From: an uncultured Nitrososphaerota archaeon
GTDB taxonomy: Archaea > Korarchaeota > Korarchaeia > Korarchaeales > Korarchaeaceae
Assembly: GCA_964594835.1 (NCBI GenBank)
Contig: CAZQNA010000001.1
Location: 64,001-128,000 of the forward strand
Length of the DNA: 64,000 nt
Reading direction: 5' to 3'
A program made the translations under genes and the position numbers. Numbering within the stretch: the stretch's first letter is position 1; every line of letters starts with the position of its first letter. The notes beneath the pieces are model-generated. The model was given only the letters and a program-made list of their open reading frames with translations, was not told the DNA's origin and did no database searches. Positions 28,244 through 38,319 of this stretch are shown in pieces.

Positions 28244-28969
28244 TTAAAACATTTCCCTCAGCCTCCTCCGGAGGCCCTTCTTGAGGTTTGCGAGCCTCTT
28301 GAGGGCCCCCTCGAAGCTCTCGTCCAGTCCCAGCGTGTAATGGACGTAGAGACCCGTCTTCCCTCGAACCCTCCTCTCGGTCAGCACCCTCACCCTCTCC
28401 TCGACGGTTCCAACCGAGATCCCCAGGATCCTCGCCACGACCTCCTCCCTCCCGACCACCGAGACCTCCTCGTGCCCGTCCGGCGTGGGCACCACGAGGG
28501 TGAGCCTCTTGTTCACCCCCGGAACCCTCTTGAGGCTCCTTATCTGGGCCAGATCCGCGCACCCGCCGAACCTGTAGAACTCCTCCTCCCTCTCTCCGAG
28601 CACGGTCAGCGGGACGGAGACCACGACGTTTCCCTCAAAGTGTATGTACCCCTTGACCGAGCTGGACGGGGTGGCCTGGATTATCTCCCTCCTGACGGGC
28701 TCTCCGATCCTCTCCCTGAGCGTCATCTCTATGGCCGACGCCGGCAGTCTGGGTCTGAGGACGACCACGTCCACGTCGCTCCTGCGATCGACATCTCCCC
28801 TGGCGACGCTCCCGTAGACGAGTGAGGGCTGACCGACGCTGATCATCGCCTCCATGACGGCCTCCGCCCTTCTCCTCAGCTCTCTGAGTAGGTACCACCT
28901 CGCCGGTCCGTAGACGACGCGTCGATCAGGTTTTAGTCCCAGCAACCCTGTGATCGGGCGGGGGATCAC
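28244..28969 (-). CDS. Pol beta-family nucleotidyltransferase (COG2413-like)
   Basis: YGSVARGDV...SDVDV, EIIQATP, REEEFYRFGG, RVPGVNKRL. Confidence 0.85.
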   Translation of the reverse strand: MIPRPITGLLGLKPDRRVVYGPARWYLLRELRRRAEAVMEAMISVGQPSLVYGSVARGDVDRRSDVDVVVLRPRLPASAIEMTLRERIGEPVRREIIQATPSSSVKGYIHFEGNVVVSVPLTVLGEREEEFYRFGGCADLAQIRSLKRVPGVNKRLTLVVPTPDGHEEVSVVGREEVVARILGISVGTVEERVRVLTERRVRGKTGLYVHYTLGLDESFEGALKRLANLKKGLRRRLREMF

Positions 28970-28995
28970 CCTTTAACGCGGCGCCAGCCGACTCG

Positions 28996-29634
28996 ATGTG
29001 CACGACCTGCGGGCTGAGGCCTGCAGTCTATCACAGGAGGTACTCTGGGGAGAGGCTCTGCCTCGAGTGCCTCGGGGAGTCCCTCCGGCGCAAGGTCAGG
29101 AGGGCCATCGCGCGCTATCAGACGCTGACCCCGGACTCGAGGATTCTGCTCGTCCTGAGGGGAGATGTGATGGAGGATGAGCTGGCGGCTAGGCTATTCA
29201 TGGAGGTTGAGAGAGATTTTCCCGGAGTTCAGATCTCATTTCTCGTGCTCTTTGGCGCCGGGAGGCCCATGAGGTGCCCTCAATTGAAGGCCGCCATCCG
29301 GGAGGCAGAGGCCAGGGGAGTTCAGAAGGTGGTCCTCCCCCTGGCCGCGGAGGAGATAGTCGCCAGCGACATCCTCTGGATCTCCGGTAGGAGTGGATGC
29401 CTCTTCCTGAGGGGCCGCCTGCTCTACCCGAAGCCCCCAGAAGGACTGGACGTGATTCTACCCCTGTACGACGTGCTGGGCTGGGAGGTGGCGGCGGCCT
29501 TCCGCCGTCGCGCCTCAGACCCCCCTCCGGCGCTCAATCTGATCCACTCCCTCGAGGAGGACTTTTCGGGGTCAACCTACAACATGCTGAGATCGATGGA
29601 GAGGATGGCCGACGCCCTGGGTGACATCCTTTAA
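28996..29634 (+). CDS. TtuA/Ncs6-like protein with Zn finger but no PP-loop
   Basis: CTTC...YSGERLCLEC...KVRRAI N-terminus typical of TtuA; SGGKDS replaced by RGDVME. Confidence 0.65.
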   Translation: MCTTCGLRPAVYHRRYSGERLCLECLGESLRRKVRRAIARYQTLTPDSRILLVLRGDVMEDELAARLFMEVERDFPGVQISFLVLFGAGRPMRCPQLKAAIREAEARGVQKVVLPLAAEEIVASDILWISGRSGCLFLRGRLLYPKPPEGLDVILPLYDVLGWEVAAAFRRRASDPPPALNLIHSLEEDFSGSTYNMLRSMERMADALGDIL

Positions 29635-29681
29635 TTTGGGGCCCAACTCGGCGGTGCCGCGAAGGGCGGGGATGGTCTCAG

Positions 29682-31127
29682 ATGTCCGAGAGGAAGGCGT
29701 TCGAGCTGACGCCCAAGGATGAGGACTTCTCGAGGTGGTTCGACGAGGTCATCTTCAAGTCGGGCATCCTGGACGAGAGGTACCCCGTCAAGGGCATGTA
29801 TGTGTGGCTGCCATTCGGCTACGCCATAATGGAGGCGATCATGGACATAATGGAGCGCCTCCTCAGGGAGACTGGGCACAGGAGGGTATACTTCCCGGGC
29901 GTCGTGCCTCAGAGCGTTCTGGGGAGGGAGTTCGAGTTCATCAAGGGGTTCCAAGACTCGGTCTACTGGATAACGCGGCTCGGGACCGACCCAGCCCCGG
30001 AGCCCATGGCGCTCAGGCCGACCAGCGAGGCCATCATGTACGAGGTCCTGTCGAGGTGGATACAGAGCTATGCGGACCTCCCCCTCAGGATATACCAGAT
30101 AGTCCCGGTGTACAGGTTCGAGACCAAGGCCACCCGCCCTCTGATAAGGGTCCGGGAGATAGCCTTCTTCAAGGAGGGTCACACGTTCCACGCCACTCTC
30201 GAGGAGGCCGTGGAGCAGGTCAAGTTGGGGGTCAGGATCTATCGAGAGTTCTACGACGAGCTCATGGTCCCCTACCTGGTCGTGAAGACCCTGCCCTGGG
30301 ACACGTTCCCCGGCGCGAAGTACAACATCGACCTCATCACCATAATGCCGGACGGGAAGGCCCTGGAGCTGGGCAGCGTCATCAACTTCGGGGACCTATT
30401 CGCCCGGGCCTACGACCTGACCTACATGGACGAGAGCGGGGAGCAGAGGTACGTGAACACGACCTCCTTTGGGATCTCTGAGAGGAGCCTGGCGGCGGTG
30501 ATCGCAATCCACGGCGACGACAGGGGGCTGAAGCTCCCACCGAAGGTGGCCCCCGTCCAGGTCGTGGTCATACCGATACCGAGGGCCGACGAGAGGGAGG
30601 CCGTCGTCGAGAAGGCACGGGAGATCTACAGGAGGCTCAAGGAGGCCGGATTCAGGGTCGAGATAGACGAGTCGGACGAGAGGCCCGGCTACAAGTACTA
30701 CAAGTGGGACATGAGGGGGGTCCCGCTGAAGGTCGACGTCGGCCCGCAGGAGGTCGGGGGAGGCTACGTCTCGGTCGCCCGGAGGGACGCGGTAGAGCGC
30801 ATCAAGATCCCGGAGTCTGAGCTCGAGGAGGGGATCCGTCAGATGCTCGCCGAGTACGAGCGCTCCCTTCGAGAAGAGGCGAATAGGTACTTCCAGGCCA
30901 GGCTGGCCCGGGCGGAGAGCTTCGACGAGATCAGGAAGGGGATCTCTGAGGGTAAGCTCGTGAGCTTCGCCTGGTGCGGGCGGGAGGAGTGCGCCCACGC
31001 GGTGGAGGAAGAGATAGGCTACGGAATCCTCGGGTACGAGGAAGACGCCCTGAAGGGGAGCGAGCAGCCCTGCATCGTGTGCGGCTCTCCCTCGCCTCAC
31101 AGGGCGTGGATAGGCCGCAGTTACTGA
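29682..31127 (+). CDS. proS: Proline--tRNA ligase (archaeal/eukaryotic type)
   Basis: RYPVKG, LRPTSE, YRFETKATRPLIRVRE, HGDDRGL, C-terminal Zn motif. Confidence 0.95.
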   Translation: MSERKAFELTPKDEDFSRWFDEVIFKSGILDERYPVKGMYVWLPFGYAIMEAIMDIMERLLRETGHRRVYFPGVVPQSVLGREFEFIKGFQDSVYWITRLGTDPAPEPMALRPTSEAIMYEVLSRWIQSYADLPLRIYQIVPVYRFETKATRPLIRVREIAFFKEGHTFHATLEEAVEQVKLGVRIYREFYDELMVPYLVVKTLPWDTFPGAKYNIDLITIMPDGKALELGSVINFGDLFARAYDLTYMDESGEQRYVNTTSFGISERSLAAVIAIHGDDRGLKLPPKVAPVQVVVIPIPRADEREAVVEKAREIYRRLKEAGFRVEIDESDERPGYKYYKWDMRGVPLKVDVGPQEVGGGYVSVARRDAVERIKIPESELEEGIRQMLAEYERSLREEANRYFQARLARAESFDEIRKGISEGKLVSFAWCGREECAHAVEEEIGYGILGYEEDALKGSEQPCIVCGSPSPHRAWIGRSY

Positions 31128-31177
31128 GCCCATCTACCTTTTATAGGCTCGGACCGACCCAAGACGGGGAAGGGCTC

Positions 31178-31516
31178 ATGCCAAAGAAGAGGAAGAGCAG
31201 GGGCAGGAAGCTTTCGGACTCAGGCCACGAGAAGCCCGTGCAGTGCCACGCCTGCGGCAGGCTCGTGCCCGCGGACAAGGCCGTCAGGATAACTAGGTGG
31301 GTCTCCCCCATCGGGGGGCCCCTGGCCAGGGAGCTGGAGAAGCAGGGGGCGTACATCTCCAAGCGCCTGGAGACGAGGTACTACTGCATCAGCTGCGCAG
31401 TACACATGGGCCTCGTCAGGCCGAGGGCTGAGGAGGAGCGGAAGGTGAGGAGGCCGCTTCAGGCCAGGGGCAGCAGGCAGACGGGCAAGCTCCCCCTGAA
31501 GTTCCTGAAGCTCTGA
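31178..31516 (+). CDS. rps26e: 30S ribosomal protein eS26
   Basis: MPKKRKSRGR, CHACGRLVPADKA, YCISCAVH. Confidence 0.95.
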   Translation: MPKKRKSRGRKLSDSGHEKPVQCHACGRLVPADKAVRITRWVSPIGGPLARELEKQGAYISKRLETRYYCISCAVHMGLVRPRAEEERKVRRPLQARGSRQTGKLPLKFLKL

Positions 31517-31534
31517 GCCACCCGGGTTCGGGGC

Positions 31535-33763
31535 TTAGAAGAACTCCTCCAGCCCCTTTCTCCCCTCCTCGACACCCACGCCCTTGAGCGCGTTGAGCGT
31601 TCTCTCTACGACCTGATCGAACAGCTTCAGGTAGTACTCGAGGTCGCAGTCCCCTATGTCGAAGAACTCGGCGGGTCTGGCCCTCTCGTTTATGCTCCCC
31701 CGCCCCCTCACTATGAGTATCCTGAGCACCTGCCCCCTGTGGACCTCGATCCCCTTGTTCTCCTCGAGCCACATGCCGGCCACGTAACCCTTGGTCTTCC
31801 TCTCGAAATCCTCCAGCCTCTTCCCGAGCGTCTCGATGAATATCAGGTCCTCCTTCTGAACCCTGCCCTCCTCTAGCGCCCGCCTGAACTCGGCGACCCT
31901 CCTCTCGATCTCCGACAGGGGCTTCCCCTGGAGGGCCATTCGCACGGCCTCCTCCTGAGCCCTCTTGATGACGGGCGGATAGTCCCTCCTCAGGAACTCG
32001 AACCCCCTGGCCACCAGCCTGCCGCCGACCAGGTGCGCGTACTTCTTCTTAGTCAGGTAGAGCCCCCGCTCGGCCACGTACTGGAGCTCGATCGTCAGCG
32101 GGACCTGCTCGTTCAGCCAGTCTGGCAGGCTGGAGTACTCGTCCAACTCGCCGCCCGTGACCTGGACGCCGTCGGTGTCTACGTAGATCACCTCCAGCCC
32201 CCTCCCCTGGAGCATGTCCACGACCCTCTTGATGTACTGCCTCCCCAGCGCTGCGGTCAGCGCCGCGGCGTGGACGTTCCTCAGGGAGGCTCCCTCCCAC
32301 CCCATGTACCCGTACATGGCGTTCGTGACCACCTTGATGGCCTTCTGAATCGCGTCCAGCCTCCTCCTCTCGGCGGCCTCCGGGGGGAGCTTCTCCATCT
32401 CCCTCCTAACCCGGGCCCTCCTCTCCATCAGGTCGGAGGCGATCTCTGCGAACAGCCCACGGCGGTCTGAGCAAACCCGCTTGACGACGCCCTCGGCCGA
32501 GACCTCCTGGACCGCGCAGAATCCCTCCCTGGGCTCGACGGTCTCGGGGCTGATGTTGTGGAGTATCATGATGCTGGGGTACATGCTCTTGAAGTCGAGG
32601 TAGGCTACGTTCTCGTATATCCCCGGGGACTTGAGCCAAACGTACCCGCCCAGGAACCTTCTCTCCTCCTTCCTCTGCGGGGGGATCACCCACCCCCGCC
32701 TCTTCCCGTGGACCGTGACGAGAGACTCAACGAGACCACCCACCGGGGTCCTCGTGACCTCCTGGAGGGGCCTGTACGTGAGCTTCGCCAGCTCGACTTG
32801 ATGGGGAAGGAGCTTTTCCGCCAGACTCTTCACGGTCACGACCTTCTCCCTCAGGTAGGAGAGGAGCCCGTCCCTGTCTGACTTCCACCTCTCGGCTATC
32901 CTGAACTTGGGGACCGGCCTGGGCCTCGGGACCCCCAGCTCGTCCGCCAACTCGTACCAGGACTTGGTGGGCAGCCCGGGAAAGTCGCGCCACGCTATGG
33001 AGAACATGTCGACGTTGGCCCTGCCTGGAATCCTCTGCTCCACGAGTATCAAGCCGCGAAAGAACCTGCCGGTCTCCTCGATGCTCCCGTCCCCCCTGCC
33101 GAGATTGAGTTTGATCCCGTGCAGCTCCGCCCTGGCCTTCATGTGCTGAAGTTCGTCCGCGTCCTGCCCGAACCCCACTATCACGTCGGGATCCTCCCTC
33201 TGGACGACCTCGACGAACTCTCTCAGCACCGTGGAGTCGTCCTCGGAGGATATCACCTCAACCTGACCGTCGTCTATCGAGATCCCGAGGGCCAGGACCG
33301 GGCTCCTCCCCTGCACGGGAAAGCCGTCCTCGCTGTATATCAGCCCAGAGAAGTAGAGGGTCTTCAGGTCGTCCAGGTACCCCTCGCCCACGGGGCTCAG
33401 GGAGCCATCCTCAACGGCGACCCTGGAGAAGGGCCTCAGGTCCGAGTCGAACAGGAACCTCTGCCAGGTCGGGATGGAGTACTCCCACGTCTCGGGGGCG
33501 AGCCTGGCCAGCCGCCTGAGATCCTCCTCATCCCTCCCCACCACCTTCAGAAACTCTCTCTCAGACCACGGATCCAATCCGACGGTCTCTTCAACCCTCA
33601 GCGACTTCTCCCTCAGCTTTGCCTCCGCATCTCGATTCAGGAGGTCCCTGGGAACGTAGAAGTAAGGGTGAAACTCTAACTCGATGCTCCGGCCCCCTCC
33701 GAGCCACAGCGTCACTCCCCTCTGAGTCTCCTCTATATGGTAGAACACCCCCTCCCCCGGCAT
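31535..33763 (-). CDS. Second family B DNA polymerase (PolB3-like) with degenerate 3'-5' exonuclease
   Basis: Pol motifs DFKSMYPS, KVVTNAMYGYMG, YVDTDG, KKKY intact; exonuclease carboxylates missing. Confidence 0.88.
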   Translation of the reverse strand: MPGEGVFYHIEETQRGVTLWLGGGRSIELEFHPYFYVPRDLLNRDAEAKLREKSLRVEETVGLDPWSEREFLKVVGRDEEDLRRLARLAPETWEYSIPTWQRFLFDSDLRPFSRVAVEDGSLSPVGEGYLDDLKTLYFSGLIYSEDGFPVQGRSPVLALGISIDDGQVEVISSEDDSTVLREFVEVVQREDPDVIVGFGQDADELQHMKARAELHGIKLNLGRGDGSIEETGRFFRGLILVEQRIPGRANVDMFSIAWRDFPGLPTKSWYELADELGVPRPRPVPKFRIAERWKSDRDGLLSYLREKVVTVKSLAEKLLPHQVELAKLTYRPLQEVTRTPVGGLVESLVTVHGKRRGWVIPPQRKEERRFLGGYVWLKSPGIYENVAYLDFKSMYPSIMILHNISPETVEPREGFCAVQEVSAEGVVKRVCSDRRGLFAEIASDLMERRARVRREMEKLPPEAAERRRLDAIQKAIKVVTNAMYGYMGWEGASLRNVHAAALTAALGRQYIKRVVDMLQGRGLEVIYVDTDGVQVTGGELDEYSSLPDWLNEQVPLTIELQYVAERGLYLTKKKYAHLVGGRLVARGFEFLRRDYPPVIKRAQEEAVRMALQGKPLSEIERRVAEFRRALEEGRVQKEDLIFIETLGKRLEDFERKTKGYVAGMWLEENKGIEVHRGQVLRILIVRGRGSINERARPAEFFDIGDCDLEYYLKLFDQVVERTLNALKGVGVEEGRKGLEEFF

Positions 33764-33820
33764 GCCGAGGCTGAGGGGGATCCCTTTCTGTTAACCGTTC
33801 CGGGCCTCGTCGAGAGGGCC

Positions 33821-35059
33821 TCAGGACCTCGCGAGCCCCGCCACGTACTTCGAGATGCGCTCCACGCCCTCCCTTATCTTCTCGGGCTCCTCGACGGCCG
33901 GCGCGAAGGAGAGCCTCACCCACCCCTCCATGCCGAAGTCGACCCCTGGGGCCAGCGCCACCTGCCACTGGTTCAGGAGGCCCTGGACGAATCTCCTGGA
34001 GCTGGGTTCAACCCGCTCGACGTTGAAGAACACGTAGAACCCACCTTCCGGTGGTAGAACGCTGAGCCCCTCGATCTGGGACATCAGATCGGTCGTCATC
34101 CTCGCCACCTCGCCGTAGACCCGGGGGGTCTCCTCCAGCATGTACTTCCTCAGCCACTCCCTCACCCCGGGCCTCGACATCATCCTGACGAAGGCCCTCT
34201 GTGGGATCCTAGTGGGTGCGAGGGTCCGAGCCTGCTGAACGGTCTCGGCGGCCCTGATTAAGTCCGGATCGGCGTACAGGTATGCGAGCCTCCAACCGGG
34301 GGCCCTGAGCTCCTTCGACATGGAGGCCAGCCAGATCTCCCTCTCCCTCCTGGGTCTAGAGTAGTAGCCCGGCATCCCCGAGTAGTGGAACATGCGGTAG
34401 GCCACGTCCAGCAGGACCCAGAAGCCCCTCTCCTCGGCCAGGTCGGAGATGGCCGAGATCAACTCGTCTGAAAATACCTGTCCGTCGGGATTTCCGGGCG
34501 TCACGAGGATCAGCATCCTCGTGTCGGGCGTTATCAGCTCCTGTAGCTCGTCCACGCTCGGCTCGAACCTCCCGTCCCTTATGATGTCCCAGTACTTCAG
34601 CCTCACCCCGAGCATAGTCTCGACGAGCAGCTGTCGCTGGTAGTTGAGGTAGCACGGCCTCGTCATTATGACCTCGCTTCCCCTGTCCAGCGTAGCCAGG
34701 AACAGGCCACCCGCCAAGTCCGTGCTCCCGAGACCCGTGATCACCTCGTCCCTGGGGATCCGCCGCCCGAAGATCGCCTCCTCGTACTCGACCACCGAGT
34801 CGATGAAGTCGGGATCTCCCCTCGTCGGGGGGTACCTGGCGCTGAGTCTTATCTCCCTCTCATCCTCCCAGAGTTCTCTCATGGCCTCTACGAGCGGCCC
34901 CGGCGGAGGGTCCTGGGGCCACCCTCCCCCCAGGTAGACCAGCGGGCGGGGATACTTCTCTGGATTGCGTTCGTAGTCCGCAACGAGGCTCATTATCTCC
35001 CGTATCGAGCTGGGATTCTCAATCGCATATCTCGCGGTCTCAGAGACGCCCACCGGCAT
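33821..35059 (-). CDS. PLP-dependent aminotransferase class I/II
   Basis: PGNPDG, DVAY, SMSKELRAPGWRL, GGFY, WVRLSF. Confidence 0.88.
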   Translation of the reverse strand: MPVGVSETARYAIENPSSIREIMSLVADYERNPEKYPRPLVYLGGGWPQDPPPGPLVEAMRELWEDEREIRLSARYPPTRGDPDFIDSVVEYEEAIFGRRIPRDEVITGLGSTDLAGGLFLATLDRGSEVIMTRPCYLNYQRQLLVETMLGVRLKYWDIIRDGRFEPSVDELQELITPDTRMLILVTPGNPDGQVFSDELISAISDLAEERGFWVLLDVAYRMFHYSGMPGYYSRPRREREIWLASMSKELRAPGWRLAYLYADPDLIRAAETVQQARTLAPTRIPQRAFVRMMSRPGVREWLRKYMLEETPRVYGEVARMTTDLMSQIEGLSVLPPEGGFYVFFNVERVEPSSRRFVQGLLNQWQVALAPGVDFGMEGWVRLSFAPAVEEPEKIREGVERISKYVAGLARS

Positions 35060-35138
35060 GGAACAGACCCGTGGGACGGGGCCTCTGGATTCCGTAAAAA
35101 GTCAGCATGCTATGGAGGGCCACGCCATGAAGAGGGGG

Positions 35139-35262
35139 GCTTAGCAGCTCCTGCGTTTCCCGGGCCCTTACGGAGCCCAGTACTCCGCAGGACGTGGCCG
35201 GGCTTAACTTCCGGGTTCGGAACGAGTCCGGGTGTGTCCCCGGCCACTATGGCCGCTCGCCC
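35139..35262 (-). rRNA. rrf: 5S ribosomal RNA (stand-alone)
   Basis: Reverse complement reads ...GCGGCCAUAGUGGCCGGG...CACCCGGACUCGUUCCGAACCCGGAAGUUAAGCC...AGUACUGGG...GGGAAAC..., typical archaeal 5S. TATA at 35283-35292, T-run downstream. Ends approximate. Confidence 0.95.
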
Positions 35263-35331
35263 CAACCGTCGGCCCCTTCCTGAATTTTAAATCTTCCGAG
35301 CGCCTCCGCCCGGCCCGGGACTCACCGAGAG

Positions 35332-38319
35332 GTGTCGAATTTGGCCAGGATGGGTAGGCTAAGCAAGAGCTACAACCCCAGAGACGTTGAAGAGAGGGTT
35401 CTCAGGCTGTGGGATGAGCTGGACGTCTACGGCGAACTCAGGCGCAGGCTGAGGGGAGGGCCGAAGTTCTACTTCCTCGACGGCCCGCCCTACCCCTCCT
35501 CCGGGGAGCCGCACCCCGGGACCGTCTGGAACAAGGTCCTCAAGGACGCCTTCATACGGTACGCCCGGTCCAAGGGACACGACGTCAACGACCGGGCGGG
35601 TTGGGACTGCCACGGCCTCCCCATCGAGGTGAAGACTGAGCAGGAACTCGGATTCAAGACGAAGAGGGACGTCGAGAGATTTGGGATCGGGAACTTCGTC
35701 CACAGATGCAGGTCTTTCGCCGAGAGAAACATTGAGGAGATGACCCGCCACTTCAAGAACTTCGGTGCCTCCCTGGACTGGGGCGGCGCCTACCGCACCA
35801 TGGAGGACTACTACATCGAGAGCGCGTGGTGGGGGATAAAGAGGATATGGGAGCAGGGGAGGCTGAAGAGGGGCGTCCAGGTAGTTCACTGGTGCCCCAG
35901 ATGTGAGACCGTCCTCGCGGACTACGAGGTGAGCGAGTACAGGGACCTCCGAGACCCCTCCATATTCGTGAAGTTCCCCCTCAAGGACAGGCCAGGCGAG
36001 AGCCTCCTGATCTGGACGACGACCCCCTGGACCCTCTCGGCCAACGTGGCAGTCATGGTGCACCCGGACGAGACCTACGTCAGGGTGAGGGTCGGCGGCG
36101 AGGTGCTCACGCTCATGGAGGCCAGGCTGGAGGCGGTGGCCTCGGAGCTGGGCTGGGAGGACTACGAGGTGATAGAGAGGTTCCCAGGCTCCGAGCTGGA
36201 GGGCCTGTCCTACGATCATCCCCTCAGGGAGATGGTCCCCGCCCTGAAGAACCTGGAGAGGGGGCACGTGGTCATCCTCAGCTCGAAGTACGTCTCGACG
36301 GAGGAGGGGACCGGGTGCGTCCACGCCGCCCCCGGCCACGGCCAGGAGGACTACGAGGAGGTCCACCTGAACAGGGGGCTCCCGATCCTGTCCCCGGTGA
36401 ATGACTCGGGCAGGTTCACCGAGGAGGCCGGCCCCTACGCGGGCATTCCCGTTCGGGATGCGAATCCGAAGATAATCGAGGATCTGAGGGAGCTCGGGGC
36501 CCTCGCAGGCGCGGGCTACATAGTCCACAGGTACCCTGTGTGCTGGAGGTGCAAGACGCCCCTTATAATCAGGGCCACGGAGCAGTGGTTCGTCCACCTC
36601 TCCGACCTGAAGGAGCGCCTCATCGAGGAGATGGAGGCGGTCAAGTGGTCCCCAGGCTGGGCCAGGGACAGGTTCAGGAACTGGCTCGAGGAGCTGAGGG
36701 ACTGGGTCATCAGCCGGCAGAGGTTCTGGGGAACCCCCCTACCCATCTGGCAGTGTGAGAGCTGCGGTCACACGGTAGTCGTCGGCTCGGCCGACGAGCT
36801 GGAGGAGCTGGCTGGAAGGAGGCCTGAGGAGCTGCACAGGCCCTGGGTGGACGAGATCACCTTCTCCTGCCCCAAGTGCGGCGGCACCATGCGCAGGGTC
36901 CCCGACATAGTTGACGTTTGGTACGACTCCGGCGTGTCCTTCTTCGCCAGCCTCGGGTATCCCAAGAGCGGGAAGGAGTTCGAGAGGCTATTCCCGGTGG
37001 ATTTCATCACCGAGGGCCACGACCAGACGAGGGGGTGGTTCTTCTCGCTTCTCAGGCTGGGGGTGCTCCTCTTCGGAAGGGCGCCCTACCGATCCGTCCT
37101 GATGCACGGCTTCATGCTGGACGAGAGAGGCCAGGAGATGCACAAGTCCCTGGGCAACTTCGAGCCGCCCGAAAAGATAGTGGCGGGGGCCGGGAGGGAC
37201 GCGTTCAGGCTCTTCGTCATGACTCGGACGCAGTGGAGCGACATCAAGTTCGTGTGGAAGGACCTGAAGAACATGGTCAGGACCCTGAACACGATATGGA
37301 ACATCCACACGTTCGCCTCCACCTACCTGGCCGACATGGAGCTTGACGAGGGCTACGCGCAGGCCCACCTTTCGGAGCTGCCGGCCGTCGACCGGTGGGT
37401 CCTCTCTCGGGCCGCCTCGGTTAGGGACACGGTTTCCCGGGCCATGGACAATCTGTCGCCGCACGAGGCGGCCTCGGCGGTGCTCGAGTTCTACGTGGAG
37501 GACCTCAGCCACCTGTACCTCCACGCGGTGAGGGCCGCGCTCAGGGGAGGGGGCGGGGACGGCCGCGTTAGGGCCAACGTGCTCTTCACGGTTCTCCGCT
37601 ACGTGCTCCCCATGCTTGGGCTGTTTGCGCCGTTCATCGCGGAAGAGATCTATCAGGAGTCCCTGAGGCAGGAGGGCGAGCCTGTGAGCGTCAACATGCT
37701 CCCGTTCCCACCGGAGAGGTCGGACTGGAAGGATCCCGAGCTTGAGAGCGAGATGGAGACCGCCAGGGCGATCATCAAGGCTGGCCTGCAGGCGAGGGCC
37801 AACGCGGGGCTGAAGAGGAGGGCGCCCCTGCGGGAGCTCGTGGTGGTCACCGCTGACGACGGGGTTCAGAGGGCGGCGAGGGATTTCTCTGACGTCCTTC
37901 GGCTGGAGCTCAACGTGAAGGGCGTGAGGGTCTCCGCAGAGCCTCCGTCGGAGGGGGAGTGGACCTCCGTGGAGTTCGAGGGCGGGGAGGTGTACCTCCC
38001 GGCAAAGCTCACGGAGGAGGACATGCTCGAGTGGATCTACCGCGAGGTCCTCAGGAGGGTTCAGCAGACGAGGAAGGAGATGGGGCTCACCGTCGGGAAG
38101 GAGGTGGTCAGGGTGTTCCTGTGGAGCGACAGCGACCTCGTCCTCAGAGCCACGGAGACCTACGCCGAGAGCCTGAAGAGGGAGAGCGGCGCCCTAGAGT
38201 TCGTCAAATTGACCGCCAAGGATGAGGCGCCGGCCGAGGCTCACGGGCGGGTATGGGACGTGGACGGAATGGAGGTCGGGATCTGGGTGATGAAGGTTGA
38301 AGGTCGGGGGATGGGTTAG
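35332..38319 (+). CDS. ileS: Isoleucine--tRNA ligase
   Basis: DGPPY, GWDCHGLPIE, WTTTPWTL, GTGCVH, DWVISRQRFWGTP, DQTRGWF, EMHKS. Confidence 0.96.
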   Translation: MSNLARMGRLSKSYNPRDVEERVLRLWDELDVYGELRRRLRGGPKFYFLDGPPYPSSGEPHPGTVWNKVLKDAFIRYARSKGHDVNDRAGWDCHGLPIEVKTEQELGFKTKRDVERFGIGNFVHRCRSFAERNIEEMTRHFKNFGASLDWGGAYRTMEDYYIESAWWGIKRIWEQGRLKRGVQVVHWCPRCETVLADYEVSEYRDLRDPSIFVKFPLKDRPGESLLIWTTTPWTLSANVAVMVHPDETYVRVRVGGEVLTLMEARLEAVASELGWEDYEVIERFPGSELEGLSYDHPLREMVPALKNLERGHVVILSSKYVSTEEGTGCVHAAPGHGQEDYEEVHLNRGLPILSPVNDSGRFTEEAGPYAGIPVRDANPKIIEDLRELGALAGAGYIVHRYPVCWRCKTPLIIRATEQWFVHLSDLKERLIEEMEAVKWSPGWARDRFRNWLEELRDWVISRQRFWGTPLPIWQCESCGHTVVVGSADELEELAGRRPEELHRPWVDEITFSCPKCGGTMRRVPDIVDVWYDSGVSFFASLGYPKSGKEFERLFPVDFITEGHDQTRGWFFSLLRLGVLLFGRAPYRSVLMHGFMLDERGQEMHKSLGNFEPPEKIVAGAGRDAFRLFVMTRTQWSDIKFVWKDLKNMVRTLNTIWNIHTFASTYLADMELDEGYAQAHLSELPAVDRWVLSRAASVRDTVSRAMDNLSPHEAASAVLEFYVEDLSHLYLHAVRAALRGGGGDGRVRANVLFTVLRYVLPMLGLFAPFIAEEIYQESLRQEGEPVSVNMLPFPPERSDWKDPELESEMETARAIIKAGLQARANAGLKRRAPLRELVVVTADDGVQRAARDFSDVLRLELNVKGVRVSAEPPSEGEWTSVEFEGGEVYLPAKLTEEDMLEWIYREVLRRVQQTRKEMGLTVGKEVVRVFLWSDSDLVLRATETYAESLKRESGALEFVKLTAKDEAPAEAHGRVWDVDGMEVGIWVMKVEGRGMG

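Noticed and set aside
28244-28969. MNT-HEPN toxin-antitoxin interpretation of the nucleotidyltransferase
   Set aside because: No HEPN partner nearby, and the protein matches the longer conserved archaeal COG2413 type.
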